DNA from: an uncultured bacterium
GTDB taxonomy: Bacteria; Krumholzibacteriota; Krumholzibacteriia; LZORAL124-64-63
DNA: 64,000 nt
Direction of reading: 5' to 3'
Assembly: GCA_963732385.1 (NCBI GenBank)
Contig: CAVSZB010000006.1
Location: 82,357-146,356 of the forward strand
The notes below the pieces were generated by a model. That model made no database searches, was not told the DNA's origin, and worked only from the letters and a program-made list of their open reading frames with translations. Below, piece after piece: positions 1 to 13,236 of this stretch. Within the stretch, counting starts at the first letter, position 1; each line of letters starts with the position of its first letter. The position numbers were made by a program, and so were the translations under genes.

Positions 1-132
1 CGCTGACGGTGCTGGTGGCCGCCGCGGACGCTCCGCGTCAGCCGCTGCCGATGTGTCAGGTGTTCTGGTTCGCGTGGCACGCGAAGCGGTCGGACATGTT
101 GCCAGCATGCGCTGCCCGCACCGCCCGGAAAG

Positions 133-169
133 GACAGCGCCCGGCCCCTGGCTGGGGACGGGCGCTGTC
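133..169 (-). terminator. GC-rich hairpin downstream of protease gene, probable intrinsic terminator
   Basis: GACAGCGCCCG (133-143) pairs with CGGGCGCTGTC (159-169), with an inner CCCC/GGGG; followed on - strand by a short CTTTCC tract. Confidence 0.5.
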
Positions 170-221
170 GCGAATGCAGGGACGGCGGCTTTGCCGGGTG
201 GCGGGGCCGTCGCATCCTTTG

Positions 222-1343
222 CTAGTAGCCCACCATCGAGAAGTTCGAGCCGCACCAGGCCAGAACTTCGTTGATGGGGTTGGCGATGGCGGTGAAGCTG
301 CTACCGGCGAACAGCAGACCGATCGCGTGCGGATTCGTGGCGACGTCCTCCACCAGGAGCGAACCGGAGTCGCCGGAATACAGGAACTTGCTCGCCTGGT
401 TGGCGATGATGATCTGACCGGTGAAGGTCTTCGTGAAGGCCGCTTCCCCGGCGCACTCGGTCTCGTAGGCGATGCTGACCGTGCCGTTGAGTCCGGTCAC
501 GTTGCTGCGGGTCAGGCCGGTCGTGCGGCCGCTCTTCTTGACGAGCTGGCCGATGAAGGCCGGGACGGTCGCCTTCGACAGCGTGCCGATCTCGAGGATC
601 GCGCCGTCGGTGCTGACCATGCCGCTGATCGTCTTGGCGTAGGCGGCATCCACGTTGGCGGCCGGGATGCTGGCCATGGAGGACAGGGTCGCCACGTCCT
701 GGGCGTTGGCGGCCTGGCAGCCGACATCGATCAGGCCGGGCTGGATGATCGGATCGCCGATGGCCGCGATGCGGTTGTTGCCGCCGAGCTCGATGTCCAT
801 CGCGAACACGTGGGCGTTGCTCAGGATGTACTGGTTCGTGCCGTCGGTGAGCAGCGAACCGAGCGTGCCGCCGCAGCAGTAGCCGTTGGCCAGGTCATAG
901 CGCCAGCCGCCGGAGGTGCCGAGCTGGATCGGCGGGGTCTGCTTGACAGTGTGCGAGGCGACAGCGGGCCTCATCGGCCTGATGACGCCGGTGACATACT
1001 CTAGCACCGGGAGACCATCGAGTTCCGTCGGCAGGCGGCCCTCGCCCAGCGGGCGGACCGTCAGCACGAGGATCGCCGGCTGGCCGTTTTCGGTCGCGCC
1101 GACGGCGGTGCCCACGACATCGGGCATGGCCATGAGGGCCGGGGTGTTGCGCTCCTGGACCACGATTGCCGCGGCCAGAGTCGGGTTGTTGGGGGCGAGA
1201 GCCTTTGCCTCGGACACGGAGGTCTGGGGCGCGATGACTGTTTCCTGATCCCTGCCGCAACCTGTGAACAACAGGCTGGTGATTGCCAGGACGGCGAGAA
1301 GCCCTGACAAAATCACCGTGCGACGAAGCCGTAGCTGCGTCAT
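222..1343 (-). CDS. Lipoprotein trypsin-like (Nal1-like) serine protease
   Basis: AGGAGG RBS before ATG at 1343; lipobox-like LFTGC; triad motifs LSNAHV, VDAA, GDSGS. Confidence 0.8.
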   Translation of the reverse strand: MTQLRLRRTVILSGLLAVLAITSLLFTGCGRDQETVIAPQTSVSEAKALAPNNPTLAAAIVVQERNTPALMAMPDVVGTAVGATENGQPAILVLTVRPLGEGRLPTELDGLPVLEYVTGVIRPMRPAVASHTVKQTPPIQLGTSGGWRYDLANGYCCGGTLGSLLTDGTNQYILSNAHVFAMDIELGGNNRIAAIGDPIIQPGLIDVGCQAANAQDVATLSSMASIPAANVDAAYAKTISGMVSTDGAILEIGTLSKATVPAFIGQLVKKSGRTTGLTRSNVTGLNGTVSIAYETECAGEAAFTKTFTGQIIIANQASKFLYSGDSGSLLVEDVATNPHAIGLLFAGSSFTAIANPINEVLAWCGSNFSMVGY

Positions 1344-1493
1344 GTGGGGTCCTCCTGCGCACAATACGGGATGCTAAAAAATGGCGAGGTTGATCGCCTT
1401 TGATCTTATCCCACCATCGAGAGAGCCGTCAAGTAATTGTGACAATAGGAGTTCGAAATTGAACACCATTCGCGGCGCGGGCCCCGGCATTGT

Positions 1494-2006
1494 TCACGCA
1501 CACGCTGTTTTCTTCAATTTCAGACGAATCGCGGACCGGCGGTCCGAGTCGTTTCCCACGGCGCGAACGGTGAGATTGCGTCCCTTGCGCTGGTAGACGA
1601 TCCGCTGCGGAAAATCGTGCGCGGGGTTCTCGAATACGGCGCTGGTCCTGCCGGAACTCTTGAGGCGGTACGAGACCGCCGGCTGGCCGAGCGGGTGGAC
1701 GGTCAGGACGAGTCCCTCCGCCGCCTCGCGGATCTCCAGGAACTCGGCGGACACGGTGCGATCACTCTTGACGATCCGGCGGGCGCCGACGAGCGAGCCG
1801 CCGGCCGGCCTGCTCCACTGTTCGTCGACAACCCCTTCCTCTCCTTTGCCTCCCCAGCAGCCCGACAGCCAGGCCAGGCTGTCGATCGAACTGTCGGGCC
1901 CCCGGACGCAGCCCGGAAGGGAGCCGGCGAGCAAGGCGACGGTCAGCAGCGCGGCAGCGGCCACGAGGGGGCGGGGCGCGGGGAAAACGGCGGGAAAGCA
2001 GCGCAT
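1494..2006 (-). CDS. DUF6265-like exported protein
   Basis: C-terminal part of ORF 1494..4055; signal peptide, LAWLSGCW, EQW, FENPAHDFPQRIVY motifs. Confidence 0.7.
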   Translation of the reverse strand: MRCFPAVFPAPRPLVAAAALLTVALLAGSLPGCVRGPDSSIDSLAWLSGCWGGKGEEGVVDEQWSRPAGGSLVGARRIVKSDRTVSAEFLEIREAAEGLVLTVHPLGQPAVSYRLKSSGRTSAVFENPAHDFPQRIVYQRKGRNLTVRAVGNDSDRRSAIRLKLKKTACA

Positions 2007-2152
2007 GGCAGTCACTCCGGATCGACGCATTCTCAAGGTCGGCACGGGTCGGCGCCGCCCGTGCGGATGATACGACAAGCTGTCGCGGCGCGCCGCAGGA
2101 ATCGCGGCCGCGGTCCGGTACGGCGGCGTGGCGCCCGGGGCATTGTCCGGAA

Positions 2153-2497
2153 TCAGGTCGGGCCGGTACGACTGCGTGTCGAGCCGGCCGATGCCGACGC
2201 TTCGCCCCTGGCTGGCAGCTCGCGCGCCACGAGCGCCATCGCCCGGTCGATGGGGATGGCTGCGATTCCCCGCGCCCGGTCCACCCAGCGGTAGCCGTGC
2301 AACTGGGCCTCCTGGGCCGCCTGCACGGCGACCAGCTCTGCGGAGCGTTGCGACACGACCTCGCGCCGGTACTCGTCCCGCTCCGCCCGGGCGAAATACG
2401 CCTGGAAAAAGACGATCGCCGCGAAGAGCAGGATCGCCGCCACGATGCCGACCATGACGACGGCCGGCGGGTTCAGTTCGACCTTCTCGGCCTGCAT
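2153..2497 (-). CDS. Alternative complex III small single-TM subunit (ActG-like)
   Basis: One TM helix, YRWVD...IPIDRAM motif, position directly after actF. Confidence 0.65.
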   Translation of the reverse strand: MQAEKVELNPPAVVMVGIVAAILLFAAIVFFQAYFARAERDEYRREVVSQRSAELVAVQAAQEAQLHGYRWVDRARGIAAIPIDRAMALVARELPARGEASASAGSTRSRTGPT

Positions 2498-2512
2498 GCG
2501 GGGCCTCCCGGC

Positions 2513-3733
2513 CTAGGCGTTCTCGAAGCGCAGCGAATCGTTCAGGCGCGGATCGTTGACCGGGACCAGCGGCCGCCGGCCCGCCAGGCGGACGAGTCCG
2601 GCCGCCCAGAGGCCGCCCACGCCGAGCCAGCACAACAGGTCGAGCGGATGCAGCGACGGAGCGCCGGGGCCCAGTTCCGGCATGATCAGCCAGTACAGGT
2701 CCACCCCGTGCATGACCAGCAGCCAGACCGCCCAGAACGTCAGCATGCCGCGGTGGCGCTTGGCGTAGCGCGACACGAGTCCGGCGAACGGTGCGATGAA
2801 GTGGCAGAACAGCAGCGACAGCCCCACCACATCCCAGCCGTTCGACTGCCGCCGCAGGTACCAGGTCGTCTCCTCGGGCAGGTTCGCGTACCAGATCAGC
2901 AGGTACTGCGAGAAGGCGATGTAAGCCCAGAAGAAGGTGAAGGCGAACATCAGCTTGCCCAGGTCGTGGTAGTGCTCGGTCGAGATGATCCCGGTCAGGC
3001 GCCCGGAGCGCTGCAGTCCGAGCGACAGCAGCGTCAGCAGCGCGAAAAAGCCGACCACGCTGCCGGAGAAGAAGTAGACGCCGAAGATGGTGCTGTACCA
3101 GGTGGGGTCGAGCGACATGACCAGGTCGAAGGCGGCCAGCGTCAGCGTGAGGCCGTACACCACCAGGCCCGGGGCGCTGATCTTTTCCATCCGGACCGTG
3201 ATGGCGGGGTCGGCGCTGGTGTCCTGGGCCAAAGAGCGCCGCCAGAACCACCGCGCCAGCAGGCTCCAGAGCGTGAAGTAGAACGCCACGCGGAGCGCGA
3301 AGAACGCCGGGTTGAGCCAGACCCGCTTCTGCGCGATCAGGTGCGCGGCGTGGCTCTCCGGAGCGAGCGGACGGGCCCAGCCGTAGAGGTTGGGGATCGC
3401 CACCAGCACGGGGATCGCCAGCAGCCCGAGCAGCGGCAGGTTCATGGCCGTGATCTCGGCCAGCCGTCGCACGACCACGCTCCAGCTCGAACGGGTGACG
3501 TGCTGCAGCGCGACGAAGAACAGCGCGCCCAAAGAGAGAGTCAGGAAGTACACGAAGGCGAGGAGGTAGGAGAAGCTCAGACGCCGCAGGCCGTCGCCCA
3601 GTCCGCAGCCGATCGCCGCCGCCGCGCCCAGCGCCACCAGGCCGATCAGTCCGGCCAGGCGGAAAATCCGCGGTCCGGCGCGGCCCAGGGTCAGGTCCGC
3701 TCCCTCGAGGCTCGTCGCTTGCGTATGGGACAA
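2513..3733 (-). CDS. actF: Alternative complex III membrane subunit ActF
   Basis: Multi-TM NrfD-like paralog; WYSTIFG, HYHDLGK, WAYIAFSQYLLIWYANLPEET; operon position. Confidence 0.9.
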   Translation of the reverse strand: MSHTQATSLEGADLTLGRAGPRIFRLAGLIGLVALGAAAAIGCGLGDGLRRLSFSYLLAFVYFLTLSLGALFFVALQHVTRSSWSVVVRRLAEITAMNLPLLGLLAIPVLVAIPNLYGWARPLAPESHAAHLIAQKRVWLNPAFFALRVAFYFTLWSLLARWFWRRSLAQDTSADPAITVRMEKISAPGLVVYGLTLTLAAFDLVMSLDPTWYSTIFGVYFFSGSVVGFFALLTLLSLGLQRSGRLTGIISTEHYHDLGKLMFAFTFFWAYIAFSQYLLIWYANLPEETTWYLRRQSNGWDVVGLSLLFCHFIAPFAGLVSRYAKRHRGMLTFWAVWLLVMHGVDLYWLIMPELGPGAPSLHPLDLLCWLGVGGLWAAGLVRLAGRRPLVPVNDPRLNDSLRFENA

Positions 3734-3763
3734 AGGTCCGCTCCCGTTCGTTGCGGCGCGCGC

Positions 3764-4405
3764 TCAGCGCAGCGCCGGCTGCTCCGCGGGCGGCACGTCC
3801 GCCACGCCGGCGTTCTGGCTCCGCTGCAGGGCCCTGACGTACGCCACGATGGCCCAGCGGTCCTCGGGCGGGATCTGCGCGCCGTAGGACGGCATGCTGC
3901 GGACCCCGTTGGTTATCGTGCTGAAGAGCTGTCCGGCCGGCAACTGCCGCACCACGTCGGTGTGGAACGAAGCGGGGGGCGTCCAGGTCCCCTCCTGCAG
4001 GCGGTCGGCGCGTCTGGCCACCAGGCCGTCGCCGTAGCCCGACAGCCCGTGGCACGGAGCGCAGAAGACGCGGAAACGCTCCTGACCGCGCGTCAGCAGG
4101 GCCGGCGTGACCAACTGTGGGGAACGGGTCGCCCAGGCGCCGTTCTCGCGCCCGGCGTACAGCAGGCTGTCGGCGCGCGATTCGCCGCGGGCCACCGTGT
4201 CCGCCGGCGGCAGACGCATGGCGCGGCCGTCGGCGAAGAGCGGGTTGGCCTTCTGCGCCTTGAATTTCGGCTGGTTGTCCAGGTCCGGGATGATCTGGAC
4301 ACGCGGCCTGGACGACGGGGAGGCGCGGTCCCTGGCGATCATCGCCAGGGGCACCAGCCCCAGCACGAACAGCACGATCAGCACGTTGACGATCACGCGC
4401 GGCAT
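3764..4405 (-). CDS. actE: Alternative complex III monoheme cytochrome c ActE
   Basis: N-terminal TM helix, QPKFKAQ, single CAPCH, MPSY axial Met, DRWAIVAYVRALQ. Confidence 0.88.
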   Translation of the reverse strand: MPRVIVNVLIVLFVLGLVPLAMIARDRASPSSRPRVQIIPDLDNQPKFKAQKANPLFADGRAMRLPPADTVARGESRADSLLYAGRENGAWATRSPQLVTPALLTRGQERFRVFCAPCHGLSGYGDGLVARRADRLQEGTWTPPASFHTDVVRQLPAGQLFSTITNGVRSMPSYGAQIPPEDRWAIVAYVRALQRSQNAGVADVPPAEQPALR

Positions 4406-4409
4406 CGGT

Positions 4410-4982
4410 TCACTCCTCCACGGCCTCGACGGGACTGCCGCCGAGGGAGGCCAGGAAATCATGCGTCGCCCCGGACTCGAAGCGGGGGTCGCGCGCCTCG
4501 ATGACGATGTAGAAGCGGTCATCCGTGGCCCGTCGGAACGAAGGGTGTTTCAGCAGGGGGTGCGACCAGACCGGCAGGCCGTTGAGCATCAGCATGCCCA
4601 CCACCGTGGTGATGGCCGCCAGCAGGACCGTCAACTCGAACGTGACCGGGATGTTCGCGGGCAGGCTGAAGTACGGCTTGCCGCTGATCAGGTAGGGGTA
4701 GTCGTGCACGTTCATCCACCACTGCATCAGCAGGGCCAGGCCCAGCCCGGTCAGTCCGCCGACCAGCACGAACCACGGCAGCCGCGTGCCGTGGATGCCC
4801 ATCGCCTCGTCCATGGCGTGCACGGGGAAGGGGGAGTGGGCGTCCCAGCGACGGTAGCCCGCGTCCCGCACCTTGCGCACGGCCGTGACGAAGTTGTCCA
4901 CATCATCGAACCTGATCAGCAGGCCATACAGCGCGGGCGTCCCCCCGCTGTCAGCCCCGGCGGCTTCCGGCGTAGCCGTCAT
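4410..4982 (-). CDS. actD: Alternative complex III subunit ActD (DUF3341)
   Basis: DAHSPFPVH, DYPYLISGKP, IPVTFELTVL, two TM helices. Confidence 0.9.
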   Translation of the reverse strand: MTATPEAAGADSGGTPALYGLLIRFDDVDNFVTAVRKVRDAGYRRWDAHSPFPVHAMDEAMGIHGTRLPWFVLVGGLTGLGLALLMQWWMNVHDYPYLISGKPYFSLPANIPVTFELTVLLAAITTVVGMLMLNGLPVWSHPLLKHPSFRRATDDRFYIVIEARDPRFESGATHDFLASLGGSPVEAVEE

Positions 4983-5024
4983 CGCACGATCCCTTCTGCG
5001 CTCTGCCAGTGCGCGCGGCGGGGC

Positions 5025-6465
5025 CTAGGACCGACGCAGCCGCGCGCGCTCGTCATGGATGTCGCCGTGGTAGTCGCCCACCGGCCGGTGCACGCCCGGC
5101 TCGTGGGTCGCCGCCGGCAGGACCGTCTTGACCTCGGCCATGGCGACCATCGGCAGATAGCGCACGAACAGCAGGAACAACGTGAAGAACAGGCCGACGC
5201 TGCCGGCGAGGGTGAGCAGATCCACCCAGGTCGGGATGAACATGCCCCAGCTCGAGGGCAGGAAGTCGCGATGGAGCGAGGTGACGATGATCACGAACCG
5301 TTCGAACCACATGCCGACGTTGACGCACATGACGACCGCCATCGTCACGACCAGGTTCGTGCGCAGCTTCTTCGCCCAGAACAGCTGCGGCGCCAGCACG
5401 TTGCAGGTGATCATCGTCCAGTAGGCCCAGGCGTACGGCCCGAGCGCGCGGTTCAGGAAGACGAACCGCTCGTACCCGTTGCCGCTGTACCAGGCGATGA
5501 AGAACTCGGTCGCGTAGGCGTAGCCGACCATCGTCCCGGTCGCCAGGATGATTTTGTTCATGCTCTCGATGTGATAGAGCGTGACGATGTCCTTCAGCCC
5601 GAAGAACTGCCGGCACGGCACCATCAGCGTTACGACCATGGCGAACCCGCCGAAGATGGCGCCCGCCACGAAGTAGGGCGGGAAGATCGTCGTGTGCCAG
5701 CCGGGGATGGACGACGTGGCGAAGTCGAAGCTGACGACAGAGTGCACGCTCAGCACCAGCGGCGTGGCCAGGCCGGCCAGCAGCAGGTACGCCTTCTCGT
5801 AGCGGTGCCAGTGGCGGTGCGAGCCGCGCCAGCCCAGGGCCAGGAAGCCGTAGATGAGGCGGCGCCACTTCGTGCGGGCGCGATCGCGCAGCGTGGCCAG
5901 GTCGGGCACCATGCCGGTGTACCAGAACATCAGCGACACGACCGCATACGTACCGACCGCGAAGACATCCCACAGCAGCGGGCTGCGGAAATTCGGCCAG
6001 ACCGCGTTGAAGTTGGGCAGCGGCAGCAGCCACCAGACCAGCCAGATGCGCCCCACGTGGATGGTCGGGAAGATCAGGGCGCAGATGACGGCGAAGATCG
6101 TCATCGCCTCGGCGAAGCGGTTGATGCTCGTGCGCCACCTCTGGCGCAGCAGGAAAAGGATGGCCGAGATCAACGTGCCGGCGTGGCCGATGCCGACCCA
6201 GAAGACGAAGTTCGTGATGTCGAAGGCCCAGCCGACCGGGATGTTCAGCCCCCACACGCCGATTCCCTTGAGGACCAGCAGCGCGATCATGGCGAACAGG
6301 ACGCCGGTCAGCGCCAGCGAGATCGCGAAGGCGATATACCAGCCGCGTGGCGGGCGCGGACGCTCCACGATCGAGCACACCTTGTCGGTGATCGTCGTGA
6401 AGGTGTTGTCGCCCAGGATCAGCGGCGTGGGCCGCGTCGGGTCCTCGAACGTGTTGTCGATCTCG

Positions 6466-6485
<20 letters not shown>
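5025..6485 (-). CDS. actC: Alternative complex III quinol-binding subunit ActC (NrfD family)
   Basis: [58 protein letters not shown]. Confidence 0.95.
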
Positions 6486-10196
<3,711 letters not shown>

Positions 10197-10232
10197 AGAA
10201 ATCCTCCGCTCAGAATTTTGCCTGGCCGCTCC

Positions 10233-10556
10233 TCAAACGCGGAAGGACGTTCCGCAGCCGCAGGATCGCTTCGCGTTCGGGTTGAGGAACTTGAAACCGC
10301 CTCCCAGCATCGCCCGCGAGAAATCGACCGTCAGCCCGTTGAGATAGGGCGCCGATTCCTCGTCACAGGCGACCCGCAGGTCCCCCAACTCGAAAACACG
10401 GTCATTCTCGCCCGCCTCAGGCGCAAAGTCCATGCTGTATTGCAGGCCGGAACAGCCGCCGGCCTCCACGCCGAAGCGCACCAGCGCGTCCGGCTGGCTC
10501 TGCTCGGCCAGGAGCCGCTTGACCTCGGCCACGGCCGCGGGGGTCAGTTCTATCAT
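10233..10556 (-). CDS. iscA: A-type Fe-S cluster carrier (IscA/HesB family)
   Basis: GGCSGLQY and NPNAKRSCGCGTSF motifs. Confidence 0.92.
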   Translation of the reverse strand: MIELTPAAVAEVKRLLAEQSQPDALVRFGVEAGGCSGLQYSMDFAPEAGENDRVFELGDLRVACDEESAPYLNGLTVDFSRAMLGGGFKFLNPNAKRSCGCGTSFRV

Positions 10557-10756
10557 CGCGGAGCCACCTCTCCTCTATAAACATGAAGGCGGGGCGCCGG
10601 AAGCGGGCCGCCCCGTTAACTGGACGATTTTAATCCAGTTATTCGCACTTGATAAGTGGTCCGGCCGCGAACGTCAACCCGGTCGTGGCGAGGGGGTGGC
10701 GCGGGCCCTAGCTTATGCGGCGCAAGCCGCCCATCCCCCCAGCCCCCGGGAGTCGC

Positions 10757-12859
10757 ATGTCCGACCGCGCCACCCCCCTCACCCCTGCGCGGATCCGCCG
10801 CGATGGCAATGCCCTGCAGCGCGAAACCTCGCTCTACCTGCGTCAGCACGCCCACAATCCGCTCGACTGGCGGCCGTGGGGTGACGAGGCGCTCGAGCGC
10901 GCGCGGGTGGGCCGGCTGCCGATCTTCCTGTCGATCGGCTACGCGTCGTGCCACTGGTGCCATGTCATGGAGCGCGAGGTGTTCGAGAACGACGAAGTGG
11001 CGGCGTACCTGAACGCGCATTTCGTCTGCATCAAGGTCGACCGCGAGGAACGTCCCGACCTCGACGCCGTCTACATGGACGCCGTCCAGGGGATGACCGG
11101 CGCGGGCGGCTGGCCGCTGTCGGTCTTCCTGACCGCCGACGCGCAGCCGATCTACGGCGGCACGTACTTCCCGGCGCCGCAGTTCCTCGAACTGGCGCGC
11201 CGGGTGCGCGAAGTGTACGTGACGCGGACCGGCGAGGTGGAGGAGCAGGCTGCCGCCGTCGCGGCGCGCCTGCTGGCGGGCCCGACCTTCGCCGACGAAG
11301 CGGCCGGCGGCGTCATCGACGCCGAGCTGATCGACGCCGTCGCCGCGCGCGCGGTCGCGCTGTTCGACCCGGAGTGGGGCGGTTTCACCGGCCCGGCGAA
11401 GTTTCCTGTCCCGCCGCGCTGGCAGTTCCTGCTGCACCACCACCGCCGCACCGGCGACGTGCGGTCGGCCCGCCTGCTTGGCCTGACCCTCACCACGATG
11501 GCCTCGGGCGGCATCTACGACCACGTCGGCGGCGGCTTCCACCGCTACGCCACCGATGCGGCGTGGCTCGTGCCGCACTTCGAGAAGATGCTCTACGACA
11601 ACGCCCTCCTGGCGAGCCTCTACCTCGAGGCCGGCCTGGTCCTGCAGCAGCCGCTGCTGCTGGCGGTCGCCCGCGACACGCTCGCCTTCCTGGTGCGGGA
11701 GATGAGCGGCCCCGAAGGGGGCTTCTACGCCAGCTTCGATGCCGACAGTGGCGGCCTGGAGGGGAGCTACTACGTCTGGACGCCCGACGACCTCTCCCTC
11801 GTGGCCGGACCGGAGGACGGGCCGGCGCTGGCCGGCCTGCTCGGCGTGACCGCAGCCGGCAACTTCGCCGACGGCGCGAGCGTGCTGACCCGCCGCGCCG
11901 ACCTCGCCGAACTGGCCGCGCGCCACGGTCGCGACGAGGCGGAGATCGCCGCCCTCTTCAACGAATATCGCGATGAACTGCGCGACTATCGCGACCGTCG
12001 CGAAGGTCCCACCCTCGACACCAAGGTGATCACCGCCTGGAACGGCCTGGCCATCTCCGCCCTGGCCCAGGCGTACGGCGCCACCGGCGAGCCGGCCTGG
12101 CGCATCGCCGCCGAGCGCGCCGCCGACTGGCTCGAACAGGCCCACCGCCGCCCCGACGGCCGCCTCCTGCGTGCCGGCACCGACGGCCCCGCCACCGGCG
12201 ACGGCATTCTCGAAGACTACGCCTTCCTCGCCGTCGGCCTGCTCGACCTCTACCAGGCCACCGGCGATGAGTCGCGCCTGCGTCGCGCCCTCGAGCTGAT
12301 CGACATCACCCGGCGCGACTTCGCCGACCCCGCCGGAGGCTGCTGGCTGACCGCCGCCGCCGCCGAAGTCCCCCTCGGCCGCAAGACCGAGCTGTTCGAC
12401 AGCGTGACCCCCTCCGGCAATTCCGCCTTCCTCCAGGCCCTGCTGCGCGCCGCCGCCCTGACCGGCCGCGATGAGTACCGGGAAGAGGCCGCCCGCACGA
12501 TTGCGCGCTACGCCGTCATCATGGAAAAAGCGGGGCTGGAGATGGCCTGGTGGTTCGATGCGGCTTTGCGGCTGAACGGACCGTTCTATGACGTGGTGGT
12601 GGCCGGCGATCCCGCCGACGCGGCGACGCGCGCGCTGACCGCCACGGTCACCCGCCTGCTGCCGCCGCATGTGACGCTGGCGCGGGTGTCGGCGGCGGGA
12701 GCGTCTGCGGATCTCGCTGCCCTGCTGCCCGCCGCGACGGGCAAGGTCGCGCGGGATGGCGGGCCGTGCGCCTACGTGTGCGAGCACGGCGCCTGCCTCG
12801 AACCGGCCACGGACCCGGACGCGTTGCGCGAGCAGTTGCTGGCGGGGTGGGCGAGGTAG
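10757..12859 (+). CDS. Thioredoxin-domain / six-hairpin protein (YyaL/SPATA20 family)
   Basis: SLYLRQHAHNP, SIGYASCHWCHVME, KVDREERPD, GGGFHRY, PHFEKMLYDNA. Confidence 0.93.
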   Translation: MSDRATPLTPARIRRDGNALQRETSLYLRQHAHNPLDWRPWGDEALERARVGRLPIFLSIGYASCHWCHVMEREVFENDEVAAYLNAHFVCIKVDREERPDLDAVYMDAVQGMTGAGGWPLSVFLTADAQPIYGGTYFPAPQFLELARRVREVYVTRTGEVEEQAAAVAARLLAGPTFADEAAGGVIDAELIDAVAARAVALFDPEWGGFTGPAKFPVPPRWQFLLHHHRRTGDVRSARLLGLTLTTMASGGIYDHVGGGFHRYATDAAWLVPHFEKMLYDNALLASLYLEAGLVLQQPLLLAVARDTLAFLVREMSGPEGGFYASFDADSGGLEGSYYVWTPDDLSLVAGPEDGPALAGLLGVTAAGNFADGASVLTRRADLAELAARHGRDEAEIAALFNEYRDELRDYRDRREGPTLDTKVITAWNGLAISALAQAYGATGEPAWRIAAERAADWLEQAHRRPDGRLLRAGTDGPATGDGILEDYAFLAVGLLDLYQATGDESRLRRALELIDITRRDFADPAGGCWLTAAAAEVPLGRKTELFDSVTPSGNSAFLQALLRAAALTGRDEYREEAARTIARYAVIMEKAGLEMAWWFDAALRLNGPFYDVVVAGDPADAATRALTATVTRLLPPHVTLARVSAAGASADLAALLPAATGKVARDGGPCAYVCEHGACLEPATDPDALREQLLAGWAR
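12294..12360 (+). repeat. Direct repeat copy 1 (internal yyaL segment duplicated at 19067-19133)
   Basis: 67-bp match to 19067-19133 with 2 mismatches by eye. Confidence 0.9.
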
Positions 12860-13236
12860 GGGGGGCGTTCGCTGTCGCAACGCGGTGTGAAATCCTCCCG
12901 GTCGACCGGGGCCGGTTGTTACGCCCAGGCACCGCCCTTCTCGACGCGCAGGTCCCAGGCGGGGTACAATGCAAGGAGGCGGCGGGATGCGTCAGGCGAC
13001 CGCCAGGGGCGAGGCGCCTGTTCGTCCTCCCCGCCATGCGTTCAGCCGACGAGTCGGGGTGCACGCCATGTACGGGCTGGGGATGGGAAGCGGGGGTTTG
13101 CATGGGGACGCACAGTTCGCGCGGTGGCGGCCCGGTTGCCCGTGGCGTCGATTCGCCTGCGTCTCGGCGGGCACGCGAGCCATGGAGCGCGGGCCCATGA
13201 ACGCTGCGGACAGGCGGCCGGCGCCGGAGGAACCGG

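Noticed and set aside
1494..4055. 853-aa ORF as one gene
   Set aside because: It overlaps actE/F/G out of frame; only the last 170 aa look like a real protein
10588..10617. GC hairpin upstream of iscA
   Set aside because: Short and imperfect; plausible by chance at this GC content
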